Origin: an uncultured Pelagibacteraceae bacterium
GTDB lineage: Bacteria > Pseudomonadota > Alphaproteobacteria > Pelagibacterales > Pelagibacteraceae
Direction of reading: 5' to 3'
Assembly (NCBI GenBank): GCA_902535255.1
Contig: CACASQ010000003.1
Location: 5,102 to 69,101 of the forward strand
DNA: 64,000 nt
The position numbers and the translations under genes were made by a program. The notes under the pieces are model-generated. The model did not search any database and was not told the origin of the DNA. It was given only the letters and a program-made list of their open reading frames with translations. This document shows positions 19,367 to 29,704 of this stretch, in pieces (position 1 is the first letter of the stretch; each line of letters begins with the position of its first letter).

Positions 19367-20652
19367 CAATTACTATCAATTCGAATTAATTTAGGTTTCT
19401 TTAATATATATTTCTTACTTGATACAGTTTTTAAGATCTTTCCTAAATATCTATCTTTTGAATTATGTGTAATTATAACAATTGATGAAATAGCTTTATT
19501 TTTTCTTGGGTTTTGAATTAATCTTTTCACTGATACCTTATTTTGTGAAAATATTTTTGTAATATCTGATAAAACACCTGGCTTGTCTATTACATCAAAT
19601 CTAAAGTAGGCAGAAAATAATCTTTCTGAAATATCTTCAAATTTTAGTTTCTTCCTTTCTTTGCTTGATATAGAAAAAGGAAATTTTATATTTCCTCTTA
19701 ATATGGAACATATATCTGATACTAATGCAGATGTTGTGGCTTGTGGACCTGCTCCCTCACCCTGAATAATGCTTTGACCAACGGGATCACCTTCAGTAAT
19801 AACCGCATTTAAAACTCCTTCAATACCTGCAACATAAGAGCTCTTTTTGATTAATGTAGGATGTACTCTTTGGTATATTTTATTATTTATTAGTTCGGAA
19901 CAACCAAGTAATTTAATTTTGTAACCTAAAAGATTAGCGTTTATTATGTCTTCTTTGTCTATATTACTTATTCCTTCTACGTGAATATTATTATTTAAAA
20001 ATGAATTAAAACATAGTGAAGTCAGTATTTTTAGTTTTGAAGAAACATCATTACCGTTTAAATCAGATATTGGGTTAGCCTCAGCATACCCTAATTTTTT
20101 TGCATTATTTAAAACATCTTTAAAATTTTTGTTTTCCTTCTCCATAGAGGAAAGAATATAATTAGAAGTACCATTAAAAATTCCATAAATCTTTTTAATT
20201 TTATTAGCAATCAAACCTTCTTTTAAAGACCTGATGATAGGAACGCCTCCACAAACTGATGCTTCAAATTCTAGATTAACACTGTTCTGTTCTGCAATTC
20301 TTGATAGTTGATCACCATATTTTGCAATAAGTGCTTTATTTGCTGTTACAACATGTTTTTTATTTTTAAGCGCATTAAACACAAGTTTCTTAGCAGCTCC
20401 CTCTGCGCCACCTATTAGCTCAATAATTAGGTCGACATCCTTTTTTTTGGTAGCATCTAAATAATTTTTTAGCCATTTCTTTTTATTAATTTTTACATTT
20501 CTTTTACGGTTCTTGTTTTTTGCAGAAACATATAAAACGTTTGGAATACAATTATTTTTCTTAGATAAAATTAATTTATTTTTATTTAAGAAATTATATA
20601 AATAACTGCCAATATTACCAAGGCCTATAATTGCAATATTTAATTTCTTCAT
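19366..20652 (-). CDS. hom: Homoserine dehydrogenase with C-terminal ACT domain
   Basis: GLGNIG, VVTANKA, FEASVCGGVP, NGTSNYIL, GEGAG, DKPGVLS. Confidence 0.95.
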   Translation of the reverse strand: MKKLNIAIIGLGNIGSYLYNFLNKNKLILSKKNNCIPNVLYVSAKNKNRKRNVKINKKKWLKNYLDATKKKDVDLIIELIGGAEGAAKKLVFNALKNKKHVVTANKALIAKYGDQLSRIAEQNSVNLEFEASVCGGVPIIRSLKEGLIANKIKKIYGIFNGTSNYILSSMEKENKNFKDVLNNAKKLGYAEANPISDLNGNDVSSKLKILTSLCFNSFLNNNIHVEGISNIDKEDIINANLLGYKIKLLGCSELINNKIYQRVHPTLIKKSSYVAGIEGVLNAVITEGDPVGQSIIQGEGAGPQATTSALVSDICSILRGNIKFPFSISSKERKKLKFEDISERLFSAYFRFDVIDKPGVLSDITKIFSQNKVSVKRLIQNPRKNKAISSIVIITHNSKDRYLGKILKTVSSKKYILKKPKLIRIDSN

Positions 20653-20660
20653 AGTATAAT

Positions 20661-21188
20661 CTAATTTCTTAAAGTTATATCAGGAAAACCCTTATCATTT
20701 CCTTTCTTTAGTAAATATTTTGAAATTTCTTCTATGCTACAATCTTTTTCAATGTACAAACAAATATTAAATATTTCCTGGCTTTTTTTATTATCAATTA
20801 TAGTTTCTTTTTTAATATCTCTATTAAACTCTTTTTTAGCATTTACTTTTCTTGTGACTTTTTTAGCAATTTTTTTCTTATTTATTTCAAGTTTCTTTTT
20901 TTCGATTTCGTCATTTGTCAAAATTCTAATATCTCTTTTTATCTTGTTTTTTTTTGAAATTATAATATTTTTCTTTTCTGTGTCTTTCATTAAATTTAAT
21001 TCTACAAGATTAATTTCTTTTTTTTCCTTTGGGTCTACAATCTTAACTTCAATTGACATATTTTCTTCAAAAAATTGCTGAGCCTCATCTTTATTTATAC
21101 AAACATGATCACCACATATCAAAACTGCCTTTGGTTTACTGCAGCTATTTAAAAATAAAATCAGTAAAAAAATTAAAATTACCCTCAT
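20661..21188 (-). CDS. Hypothetical lipoprotein
   Basis: Hydrophobic signal with LNSC lipobox, CGDHVC motif, Lys-rich middle segment; in-operon position. Confidence 0.6.
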   Translation of the reverse strand: MRVILIFLLILFLNSCSKPKAVLICGDHVCINKDEAQQFFEENMSIEVKIVDPKEKKEINLVELNLMKDTEKKNIIISKKNKIKRDIRILTNDEIEKKKLEINKKKIAKKVTRKVNAKKEFNRDIKKETIIDNKKSQEIFNICLYIEKDCSIEEISKYLLKKGNDKGFPDITLRN

Positions 21189-22216
21189 TTCAATCCTAAT
21201 GTTTCAGGGTATTTATAAATTAAATTCATATTTTGTATCGCTTGACCTGAGGCCCCTTTAAATAAATTATCTATAGCCGAAAGAATAATTATTCTATCTT
21301 TTATTCTTGTTTCACAAACGGATATTTCACAAAAGTTAGTATTTAAAACGTTACCTGATCCTAATGAAGAATTTAGTTTTAAAATTTTTACAAATTTTGA
21401 TTTACTATAATAATTTTTTAGTTCTTTAATTAAGACAGTTGCTTTATTTGTTTTTTTTAAACTCACATATATACATGAAAGAATTCCTCTAAATGTGGGT
21501 AATAAATGTGGATTAAAAGTAAATTGAACATTTTTCTTTGTATGAATTTCTAACTCTTGATCAATTTCACTTATATGTCTGTGATTTTTAGTACTATAGG
21601 CAAATGTAGACTTGAAAAGATTTTTATGTTTAAACTTTTTATGAAGGTTTTTACCTGCTCCTGAGTAACCTGATTTGGAGTCAATAGTTATTTTGTTTTT
21701 GTGAATAAAATTCTTTTTGATTAATGGAACTAATGGTAATTGTATTGAAGTTGGATAGCAACCAGGATTTGCGATAATTCTATAGTTATTTATTTTTTTT
21801 TTATTTAATTCACATAAGCCATATAAAGAATATTTAATCAAATTAGGTGCTTTATGTTTGATATTGTAAGTTTTAAAATACTTATTTTTATCCTTAATTC
21901 TAAAATCAGCAGATAAATCTATAAACTTTAAATGTGGATATTTAAAAAAAGTTTTTTTAATAAGTTTTTGCGCCTCCCCATTTGGTAAAGACAAGAATAC
22001 TAGATTAATATTTTTCCAGTCCACTTTTTTTACTTTAGAAATTAAAGGAAGTTTTTTTTTAATTCTCTTATCAAACATAGATATCTTTTTTCCTATGTTT
22101 TTTGAAGCGCATAAATTGATAATTTTAGCCCTAGGATGTTTTGATAATAAATAAACAAGTTCTAAGCCCGTGTATCCGGTTGCGCCAATTACAGCAATTT
22201 TTAATTTATTAATCAT
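21185..22216 (-). CDS. argC: N-acetyl-gamma-glutamyl-phosphate reductase
   Basis: GATGYTG, DLSADFR, ANPGCYPT, SGYSGAG, IDNLFKGASGQA. Confidence 0.95.
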   Translation of the reverse strand: MINKLKIAVIGATGYTGLELVYLLSKHPRAKIINLCASKNIGKKISMFDKRIKKKLPLISKVKKVDWKNINLVFLSLPNGEAQKLIKKTFFKYPHLKFIDLSADFRIKDKNKYFKTYNIKHKAPNLIKYSLYGLCELNKKKINNYRIIANPGCYPTSIQLPLVPLIKKNFIHKNKITIDSKSGYSGAGKNLHKKFKHKNLFKSTFAYSTKNHRHISEIDQELEIHTKKNVQFTFNPHLLPTFRGILSCIYVSLKKTNKATVLIKELKNYYSKSKFVKILKLNSSLGSGNVLNTNFCEISVCETRIKDRIIILSAIDNLFKGASGQAIQNMNLIYKYPETLGLK

Positions 22217-22263
22217 TTACATGATTTATATCATTGTCTCGAAAAATATAGAAATTTAAAAAA

Positions 22264-22704
22264 TTATCTTTTAGAAAACTGAAAGCTTCTTCGAGCTTTT
22301 CTGTGTCCGTATTTTTTTCTCTCGACCACACGAGAGTCTCTGGTGGTCAATTTATCTTTTTTAAGATTTTTTTTAAGGTTTTCATCATGAGATATTAAAG
22401 CTTTTGAGATACCTAAAATTATTGCTCCAGCTTGACCTGACAAACCTCCACCTTTAACCGAACATTTCACATCATAATTAGAGACTACTTCTGAAATCTC
22501 TAATGGTCTAGTAACAATAATTTGATGAACGGGTCTTTTAAAATACTCGTTCATTTTAAGACCGTTAACATGGATATTTCCGGACCCTTTTTTGACCCAA
22601 ACTTTTGCAATTGATTTTTTTCTTCTACCAGTTGCGTACTTGCTATCTTTAAAGTCTAGTTTAATTTTATTTTTTTTGCTTTTTATAATGTTGACGTTTT
22701 CCAT
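22264..22704 (-). CDS. rpsI: 30S ribosomal protein S9
   Basis: ATGRRK, GGGLSGQAGA, RDSRVVERKK, QFSKR. Confidence 0.97.
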   Translation of the reverse strand: MENVNIIKSKKNKIKLDFKDSKYATGRRKKSIAKVWVKKGSGNIHVNGLKMNEYFKRPVHQIIVTRPLEISEVVSNYDVKCSVKGGGLSGQAGAIILGISKALISHDENLKKNLKKDKLTTRDSRVVERKKYGHRKARRSFQFSKR

Positions 22705-22706
22705 TA

Positions 22707-23165
22707 TTATTTAATCAAATTTTTATTATTCAATTTATCAAAAGGTATTATAGTAGGTTTTTGAATATCATGAGGATGTTTTTCTCCACTGTAAATTTTT
22801 AATTTAGTTAGTTGTTTTTTCGCTAGTGGTCCACCTGGTAACATTCTTTTTACCGCTAGTTTTAATATATCTTGAGATTTATTTTTATTTTTTAATATTA
22901 AAGGTGTAGTTTCTTTTATACCACCTGGGTGTCCTGTATGTTTGAAATATTTTTTTTCATTAAATTTTTTTCCAGAGAATTTAATTTTATCAATATTAGT
23001 TACTATTACAAAGTCACCATTATCAATATGTGGATTGTAAGTAGGTTTATTTTTTCCTCTTAACACATTCGATATGTACGCAGCTAATCTTCCAACAGCG
23101 GCGTTTTGAGCATCAATTAGATACCAATTTTTTCTAAGTTCTTTCTTTTTAATAAAGGGTGTCAT
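22707..23165 (-). CDS. rplM: 50S ribosomal protein L13
   Basis: WYLIDA, GRLA, LRGKNKP, HTGHPGG, AVKRMLP. Start 23165 preferred because a predicted promoter overlaps the 23186 ATG. Confidence 0.95.
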   Translation of the reverse strand: MTPFIKKKELRKNWYLIDAQNAAVGRLAAYISNVLRGKNKPTYNPHIDNGDFVIVTNIDKIKFSGKKFNEKKYFKHTGHPGGIKETTPLILKNKNKSQDILKLAVKRMLPGGPLAKKQLTKLKIYSGEKHPHDIQKPTIIPFDKLNNKNLIK

Positions 23166-23177
23166 AACTTTTGGCGA

Positions 23178-23206
23178 TAAATACATATAATATTTGGCAA
23201 AGTCAA
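23178..23206 (-). promoter_or_regulatory. Putative sigma70 promoter of rplM-rpsI
   Basis: TTGACT-N17-TATTTA on the minus strand. Confidence 0.5.
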
Positions 23207-23207
23207 T

Positions 23208-24233
23208 TTATTTAGCGTGAAAATAATAGAGATTTAAAGCACTAAATAACAATAGCACACTACTTATTTGATGCGCTGAAGCTAAATAGATATTTAGATC
23301 ACTTATTAGGGTTAGAATTCCTAACACAATTTGAAATATTATAAAAATGAACATTACGAAATACGGCCTAATTAATTTTTTTAACTTTTTAATAAAAATA
23401 AAAAAACCTAAAAATAAAATATATAAACTTATAAGATATGCAAGGTTTCTATGATAAAACTGTACTAATGAGTGGTTGTTAAATTCGAAAAAGTTATTTA
23501 ATCCTTTAATTGTAAAATCAGTTGGGAAATATGATTGACCCATCAATGGCCAAGTCTGATATATTTTACCGGCATCTAATCCAGAGACAAAAGCCCCCAA
23601 GATTATTTGACTGAAAATTAATAAAAAAAGGAATAAAAATATTATATTTTTGTTTTCGAACAAAAAAAATTTTTTTTTAGTTTTTTTAATTGTATTTAAA
23701 AATATCCAAAACAAAATTGATATTATCAATAGGGCTAATGAAAGATGTAAAGATAATCTATAATGGCTGACAGTTACGTCATTCACTAAGCCACTTTGCA
23801 CCATATACCATCCGATAAATCCTTGTAAAATTATCAAAAAAAGAACCAAATAAAGCGGTGCAAGTAAGTTTTTGGGGATTTTATTTCTAAAATGAAAATA
23901 TATTAGTGGTATTAAAAAAACTAATCCAATTATTCTTCCCAATATTCTATGGAAATATTCCCAGTAAAAAATTATCTTAAATTCATTCAAAGACATGTTA
24001 AAATTTATTAATTGGTACTGAGGTATATTTTTGTAAGATTCAAAATAATCTAACCATACTTTTTCATTTAGTGGGGGCATGATACCTTTGAAAAGTTCCC
24101 ACTCTGTAATGGATAATCCTGAGTCTGTTAACCTAGTCAATCCACCTACAATAATCATAATGAATATCATAATTAAGGATGTAATTAGCCAAATTGAAAT
24201 TAATTTTGTATCTTTTTTATCGATCATATTCAT
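23208..24233 (-). CDS. ctaA: Heme A synthase (COX15/CtaA type 2)
   Basis: GGLTRLTDSGLSITEW, WEYFHR, GWYMVQSGL, VSHYRL, HQ. Confidence 0.93.
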   Translation of the reverse strand: MNMIDKKDTKLISIWLITSLIMIFIMIIVGGLTRLTDSGLSITEWELFKGIMPPLNEKVWLDYFESYKNIPQYQLINFNMSLNEFKIIFYWEYFHRILGRIIGLVFLIPLIYFHFRNKIPKNLLAPLYLVLFLIILQGFIGWYMVQSGLVNDVTVSHYRLSLHLSLALLIISILFWIFLNTIKKTKKKFFLFENKNIIFLFLFLLIFSQIILGAFVSGLDAGKIYQTWPLMGQSYFPTDFTIKGLNNFFEFNNHSLVQFYHRNLAYLISLYILFLGFFIFIKKLKKLIRPYFVMFIFIIFQIVLGILTLISDLNIYLASAHQISSVLLLFSALNLYYFHAK

Positions 24234-24284
24234 ATAATTTAATATATATATATTCTTGTTAATTAATAATTTTATAATGTCGCT

Positions 24285-24566
24285 ATGGTCAATAAATCAA
24301 TCATAAAAATAAGAAATAAATTAGATAAGTTGGACAACCAATTTTTAGACATAATCAAGAAAAGGACTATTTTAGTCAATGAGGTTATTAAAAATAAAAA
24401 ATATAAAAAAGATATAATTGATAAAAAAAGAATTAAAGTAATTCTAAAAAATATTTCAAAAAAATCAAAGAAAATGAAAATTGATTCAAAAATTACAAAT
24501 AGAATTTGGAAATCAATGATTAAAGCTTATATAGATTACGAATTTAGAAATTTTGGTAAAAAATAA
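24285..24566 (+). CDS. Chorismate mutase (AroQ)
   Basis: IRNKLDKLD..F...I.KR...V..K.......D..R pattern; 93 aa, helical. Confidence 0.75.
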   Translation: MVNKSIIKIRNKLDKLDNQFLDIIKKRTILVNEVIKNKKYKKDIIDKKRIKVILKNISKKSKKMKIDSKITNRIWKSMIKAYIDYEFRNFGKK

Positions 24567-24758
24567 CTATTTACTATGAGGTGGTAGTTTTTTTTCTACA
24601 AATATCTCGTGTTTTCTCGTGTTTGGATTATATTTTTTTAATTTAAGTTTATCTTTAGCCTTCTCACCTTTTGTGGGTTTTTTTGCGTAGTAAACAAATT
24701 TACTATCTGGATTATTTTCAGGAACTAATCTAACTTTAATGTGAGTTTTTTTTGCCAT
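24567..24758 (-). CDS. rpmG: 50S ribosomal protein L33 (Cys-free form)
   Basis: KLKLKKYNPNTRKHEIFVEKK. Confidence 0.92.
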   Translation of the reverse strand: MAKKTHIKVRLVPENNPDSKFVYYAKKPTKGEKAKDKLKLKKYNPNTRKHEIFVEKKLPPHSK

Positions 24759-25116
24759 AATTTTTGATCTTATTTATTTTATCTAAAATTTTTTTTGATC
24801 TTTCATTAATTTTTTTCTTATAGTAGTCAGCTTTTAAACTATTAGATTTATAATCGTCAAGTTTATTTATTCCAACATTTAAGATACTTTTAACTCCTTT
24901 AATAGTTAACCTTTTTTCTTTTAGAAGAAATTTGATTAATTTGATTAATTCAATCAATTTAGGAGTGTAGTATCTTCTATTATTGATTATTTTAGGTTTA
25001 ATTTGTTTAAATTCTTTTTCCCAATATCTCAATATATGATTATTAGGTTTTTGCGTTTCATTATTAACCAAATCTAATTCTTTAGCAACATCGCTTATTG
25101 AAGTGAATTTTTTCAT
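24736..25116 (-). CDS. MerR family transcriptional regulator
   Basis: SISDVAKEL...HILRYWEKEF..IKP...RRYY...LTIKGVK; usual position after ihfA. Confidence 0.88.
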   Translation of the reverse strand: MKKFTSISDVAKELDLVNNETQKPNNHILRYWEKEFKQIKPKIINNRRYYTPKLIELIKLIKFLLKEKRLTIKGVKSILNVGINKLDDYKSNSLKADYYKKKINERSKKILDKINKIKNYGKKNSH

Positions 25117-25118
25117 AC

Positions 25119-25406
25119 TTAAATATTAATTAATTTTATTAGATTCTTAGATGATTTAAAAATTATCACTTTTCTTTTTTTAATAATAAAATTTTCTTTA
25201 GTTTTAGGATTTCTTCCTATCCTTTCTTTCTTTTCTTTTAAAATGAAGCTACCTAAGTTTTTTAAATATAAATTGCCGTCAATAATTTGCATTTTCAAAA
25301 CATCAATTAAATCTTCAACGATTTTGCTAGAATACAAAACTGAAAATCCCAATTTTTTGCTAATTTCTAATGAAATATCTTTTTTTTTAAGATTCTTTAT
25401 TGTCAT
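25119..25406 (-). CDS. ihfA: Integration host factor subunit alpha
   Basis: LGSF....K.ERIGRNPKT, I..RKVIIFKSS; plsX-ihfA-merR synteny. Confidence 0.85.
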   Translation of the reverse strand: MTIKNLKKKDISLEISKKLGFSVLYSSKIVEDLIDVLKMQIIDGNLYLKNLGSFILKEKKERIGRNPKTKENFIIKKRKVIIFKSSKNLIKLINI

Positions 25407-26433
25407 TATTTACATGACTTAAATTTTTTTTAATTTGTTTTATTAAATCTCCTTTTATTATTTTGTAACACAAATCTATAGAATATGAAAAACCTAAAGC
25501 ATCTGTACCACCGTGACTTTTTACTACTGGTCCGTTTAATCCAAGAAAAATAGCTCCATTGTATTTTCTAGGATCAAGTCTCTTTTTAAATTTTTTTAGA
25601 GCGAAGTAAGAAAAAATTAATGAAAATTTAGAAAATAAATTTTCAGTTAATGACTTTTTTAAATTATCCGTAATAAATTTTGCAGTCCCTTCTGCGGTTT
25701 TCAATGCAACATTTCCTGTAAAACCATCTGTAACTATGACATTTGAGTTGCCGTCCATCATCTTATTTCCCTCTATATAACCATTGAAAATAAAATTATT
25801 TTCATTACTTAATAACTGTAATTTTTTGTAAGCTTTTTTTAATGTTTCAGTTCCTTTTATTTCCTCAGATCCAATATTTAATAAAGAAACAATTGGTTTA
25901 TCATTCGGAAATATAGATCTATACAAAGCTGCGCCAAGTTCACTAAATTCAACAAGGTTATCTTCATTACAATCAATATTAGCACCCAAATCTAGTACGA
26001 CGTTCATTCCTTTTTCATTAGGCCACAAACCTGCAAGAGCAGGTTTGTTTACTTCATTCATCATCTTTAAAATCATTCTAGATAAAATTAAAAGCACACC
26101 AGTATTACCTGCTGATAAACTAATATCAGCCTCGCCCTCAATTTGTGATTTAATACAATTCCACATACTTGTGTCTTTAGAATTTTTTACAGCAGTTAAA
26201 GGTGTCGCATCATCTGAAATTACAGATTTCGTATGAGTTATTTTAATTTTATCTTTATTAATATTATTTTTTGTAAGCTCTTTATTAATTTTTTCTTCAT
26301 CTCCAAATAAATGCAATATGAAATCAGAATTCGTAGAATTTTTTTTTAAGAAAATTTCTACTCCTTGAATTACTTTCTCCGGTGAGTGATCACCACCCAT
26401 TGCATCAATTGCAATAGTCAATTTTTTTGTCAT
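25387..26433 (-). CDS. plsX: Phosphate acyltransferase PlsX
   Basis: IAIDAMGGDHSP, SAGNTG, LDLGAN, DGFTGNVALK, VKSHG. Confidence 0.96.
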   Translation of the reverse strand: MTKKLTIAIDAMGGDHSPEKVIQGVEIFLKKNSTNSDFILHLFGDEEKINKELTKNNINKDKIKITHTKSVISDDATPLTAVKNSKDTSMWNCIKSQIEGEADISLSAGNTGVLLILSRMILKMMNEVNKPALAGLWPNEKGMNVVLDLGANIDCNEDNLVEFSELGAALYRSIFPNDKPIVSLLNIGSEEIKGTETLKKAYKKLQLLSNENNFIFNGYIEGNKMMDGNSNVIVTDGFTGNVALKTAEGTAKFITDNLKKSLTENLFSKFSLIFSYFALKKFKKRLDPRKYNGAIFLGLNGPVVKSHGGTDALGFSYSIDLCYKIIKGDLIKQIKKNLSHVNNDNKES

Positions 26434-26441
26434 TTATAATA

Positions 26442-26615
26442 TTAAATATCTAGGATTTTTTTTCCGTTATAGTAGCCAGATTTTAGATCAATATGGTGTG
26501 AGAGTTTATATTCCCCACTCTTTTTATCTTCAACTATATTGACCGAAGATAATTTATGGTGTGATCTTCTCATTTTCTTTTTGGAAATAGATGTTTTTCT
26601 TTTAGGTACTGCCAT
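26442..26615 (-). CDS. rpmF: 50S ribosomal protein L32 (Cys-free form); not in the ORF track
   Basis: Translated by hand: [57 protein letters not shown]; directly upstream of plsX. Confidence 0.95.
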   Translation of the reverse strand: MAVPKRKTSISKKKMRRSHHKLSSVNIVEDKKSGEYKLSHHIDLKSGYYNGKKILDI

Positions 26616-27108
26616 AACTTTTTTTAAAATTTATTGCTTCTCTTATCATACTATCAAGAGGTAATTCAAAACAAAAATTGTAAAAATTTAAGAAATAGTC
26701 TTCAAAAAACACGTATTTTTCTTCTTCTAGTGACTCAAGTTCACTAAAATAGGTAAAAATCAATTTTTTATTTATCTTAAATTCATTAAATTTTGGATCC
26801 TGTAACTTAAGTAAAATATCATACAATATTTTGTTATAGTCTTTCATCTTTTTGTTGACCGAAACATCACCATAGCCCAATTCTCTAATATTATACTCAA
26901 TATTATTGAAAAAAGAGTCATAAGATGATTGATCAAATTTTGTACCTTTGTTTTTTGAAATAATCATCATTATTGAAAAGTGTATAAACATTAGATAAAT
27001 ACGTGTTTCAAAACGATCAGATAAATTTATCTTATTATAAAATAAAATATTTCTAGATAACGTTAATAGTGTATTATACAAAGTATTATTATGTTTTTTA
27101 AAAATCAT
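26602..27108 (-). CDS. Ubiquinol-cytochrome c chaperone (Cbp3/UPF0174) family
   Basis: LY.....SR...FY.....[19 protein letters not shown]; divergent from bamE as in other alphaproteobacteria. Confidence 0.8.
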   Translation of the reverse strand: MIFKKHNNTLYNTLLTLSRNILFYNKINLSDRFETRIYLMFIHFSIMMIISKNKGTKFDQSSYDSFFNNIEYNIRELGYGDVSVNKKMKDYNKILYDILLKLQDPKFNEFKINKKLIFTYFSELESLEEEKYVFFEDYFLNFYNFCFELPLDSMIREAINFKKSYGST

Positions 27109-27549
27109 AAAAATTTTTATTTATTACCCTTTTTTATTATTTTAATAGCATGTCAATTTCAAGAGCCATTAAAAACACATGGTATAATTTATTTAGAGAA
27201 TAGATCACAAAAAGTTATAGTTAATAAAAGCAACAAAAACGACATAATTAGAATATTTGGACAGCCTCAAGCCACTAGCCAAAATGAGGAAGACACCTGG
27301 ATATATTTTGAACGAATATTAACTAAGGGTAAATATCACAAATTAGGTAGACACGTAGTCAAAGAAAATAATGTTTTAGTTTTAGAATTTGATAAATTTG
27401 GAATTATTAAAAATAAAAAATTATATACAAAAGATGATATAAATAAGATTGCATTCTTAGAAAAAAAAACAGAAAATAAGTTGTCTCAGAAAAGTTTTGT
27501 TGAGTCTTTTTTGCAAAGTGTTAGGCAGAAAATGTATAAAAATAGGTAA
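27091..27549 (+). CDS. bamE: Outer membrane protein assembly lipoprotein BamE (SmpA/OmlA)
   Basis: Lipobox LIAC, SNKNDIIRIFGQP, TWIYFE, LVLEFDKFG. Confidence 0.82.
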   Translation: MFFKNHKNFYLLPFFIILIACQFQEPLKTHGIIYLENRSQKVIVNKSNKNDIIRIFGQPQATSQNEEDTWIYFERILTKGKYHKLGRHVVKENNVLVLEFDKFGIIKNKKLYTKDDINKIAFLEKKTENKLSQKSFVESFLQSVRQKMYKNR

Positions 27550-27556
27550 AATTTCT

Positions 27557-29662
27557 TTAGTGCGCAATTACAGCTAATAAAAGTAAAGCTACAATATTTG
27601 TTATTTTAATCATTGGGTTGACTGCTGGCCCTGCTGTATCTTTGTAAGGATCTCCAACTGTATCACCTGTTACAGCTGATTTGTGAGCTTCAGATCCTTT
27701 TCCCCCGAAGTTTCCGTCTTCAATATATTTTTTTGCGTTATCCCAAGCGCCTCCACCTGCTGTCATTGATACAGCTACAAATAGACCAGTGATGATAACC
27801 CCTAATAACATAGCACCCAAAGATGACAAAGCTGCTTCTTTACCTCCAATTTGTAGTATTACGAAATAAAGAACAATCGGAGATAGAACTGGGAGTAAAG
27901 ATGGAACAATCATCTCTTTTATAGCTGCTTTCGTTAATAAATCTACAAGACGTCCATAGTCTGGTTTTCTTTTTCCTTTCATAATACCAGGAATTTTTTT
28001 AAATTGTCTTCTAACTTCAATTACGACAGCTCCACCTGCTCTTCCCACTGCTTGCATTCCCATTGAACCAAAAAGATAAGGGAGCATTCCGCCTATAAGC
28101 AAACCAGCAACCACAAATGGATTTGATAAATCAAATGTAACGTTAACACCTTCTAATGCGGAACCTTTAACTTTTGAAAAATATTTTATATCTTCTGTAT
28201 ACGCTGCAAATAAAACTAATGCCCCTAAACCTGCAGAACCAATAGCATATCCTTTTGTCACTGCTTTTGTTGTATTACCAACAGCGTCCAAAGCATCTGT
28301 TGTTTTTCTAACATTTTTAGGAAGTTTCGACATTTCAGCAATTCCTCCAGCGTTATCTGTTACTGGTCCGTAAGCATCAAGAGCTACAACCATACCAGTT
28401 AGAGCAAGCATAGCGGTAACTGCTATAGCAATTCCGTATAATCCAGCCAAACTATTAGTATATAATATTCCAGCTACGATTATTAGTGCAGGGATAGCAG
28501 TTGCTTCCATTGAAATTGCTAAACCTTGTATAACGTTAGTTCCATGCCCCGTTGTTGAGGATTTAGCCACGGTTTTGACTGGCCTGTAATCAGTACCTGT
28601 ATAGTACTCTGTAACCCAAATAAGAAGTCCGGTAATTATGAATCCTACAACTCCGCAGATATATAAGTCTAAACCAGAAAAAATTGCCCCTGCATTATTA
28701 TTATAAGTACTTTTCAAACCTATAATTGAGTCTGTTATTGGGTACATAATGATTAAAGAAGTGATAGCGGTGACAATAAAACCTTTATATAAAGCTCCCA
28801 TAATATTTTTATTTTTACCTAATTTTACAAACCATGTTCCTATTATAGAAGTAATTATACAGGCTCCGCCAATTGCAAGTGGGTAAACCATTAAATTATA
28901 ATCTTGAGGAGAAAATATTGAAGCCAAGACCATGGTTGCTACAATTGTAACAGCATAGGTTTCAAATAAATCTGCAGCCATCCCTGCACAATCACCAACA
29001 TTGTCACCAACGTTGTCAGCTATTACTGCTGGATTTCTCGGATCATCTTCGGGTATTCCGGCTTCTACTTTTCCAACCAAATCAGCACCAACATCAGCTC
29101 CTTTTGTGAAAATCCCTCCACCTAACCTAGCAAATATAGAAATTAGAGATGCGCCAAATCCTAGAGCAACTAAGGCATTTATTATTTCTCTGTTGTCAAC
29201 TTCAAGGTTAATTAGAATTATATAATAAATAGTTATAGATAATAGAGCTAAACCCGCAACTAGTAATCCTGTTATTGCACCAGATTTAAAAGCGATAGTT
29301 AGACCGTTCTGTAAACTATGTCTCGCTGCTTCAGCAGTCCGAACATTAGCTTTTACTGAAATTAACATTCCGACATAACCGGCAACACCCGATAAAAAAG
29401 CTCCAATGAAATAACCTAAACCAACAAGATAATTAAAAAAATAAGTTACAATGGCTAAAACAATTACACCAACAACAGCTATAGTTTTATACTGCCTATT
29501 AAGATAAGCTTTAGCTCCAATTTGTATTGCCTCAGCTATTTCTTGCATTTTTGAATTACCAGGGCTTGATGAAATAATTTGCCCTGAAAGAAGATAGCTA
29601 TATGCAACCGCAAGAATTCCGGTAAAAGAAATTAGATATAGAAGTTCTAAATAATTTGTCAT
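27557..29662 (-). CDS. hppA: Membrane-bound H+-translocating pyrophosphatase (K+-independent signature)
   Basis: [40 protein letters not shown]. Confidence 0.95.
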   Translation of the reverse strand: MTNYLELLYLISFTGILAVAYSYLLSGQIISSSPGNSKMQEIAEAIQIGAKAYLNRQYKTIAVVGVIVLAIVTYFFNYLVGLGYFIGAFLSGVAGYVGMLISVKANVRTAEAARHSLQNGLTIAFKSGAITGLLVAGLALLSITIYYIILINLEVDNREIINALVALGFGASLISIFARLGGGIFTKGADVGADLVGKVEAGIPEDDPRNPAVIADNVGDNVGDCAGMAADLFETYAVTIVATMVLASIFSPQDYNLMVYPLAIGGACIITSIIGTWFVKLGKNKNIMGALYKGFIVTAITSLIIMYPITDSIIGLKSTYNNNAGAIFSGLDLYICGVVGFIITGLLIWVTEYYTGTDYRPVKTVAKSSTTGHGTNVIQGLAISMEATAIPALIIVAGILYTNSLAGLYGIAIAVTAMLALTGMVVALDAYGPVTDNAGGIAEMSKLPKNVRKTTDALDAVGNTTKAVTKGYAIGSAGLGALVLFAAYTEDIKYFSKVKGSALEGVNVTFDLSNPFVVAGLLIGGMLPYLFGSMGMQAVGRAGGAVVIEVRRQFKKIPGIMKGKRKPDYGRLVDLLTKAAIKEMIVPSLLPVLSPIVLYFVILQIGGKEAALSSLGAMLLGVIITGLFVAVSMTAGGGAWDNAKKYIEDGNFGGKGSEAHKSAVTGDTVGDPYKDTAGPAVNPMIKITNIVALLLLAVIAH

Positions 29663-29675
29663 TTTGATAAAGCGA

Positions 29676-29704
29676 TAAATGCCAAAAAAGTATTAAAAAC
29701 GCAA
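29676..29704 (-). promoter_or_regulatory. Putative sigma70 promoter of hppA
   Basis: TTGCGT-N17-CATTTA on the minus strand. Confidence 0.4.

Noticed and set aside
20760-21030. Low-complexity T-rich tract as a tandem repeat
   Set aside because: It reflects Lys/Glu/Ile codons of the lipoprotein; no periodic unit seen
22221-22234. ATGAT-TTAT-ATCAT palindrome upstream of argC as an operator
   Set aside because: Short and AT-rich, so expected by chance; no cognate regulator evident
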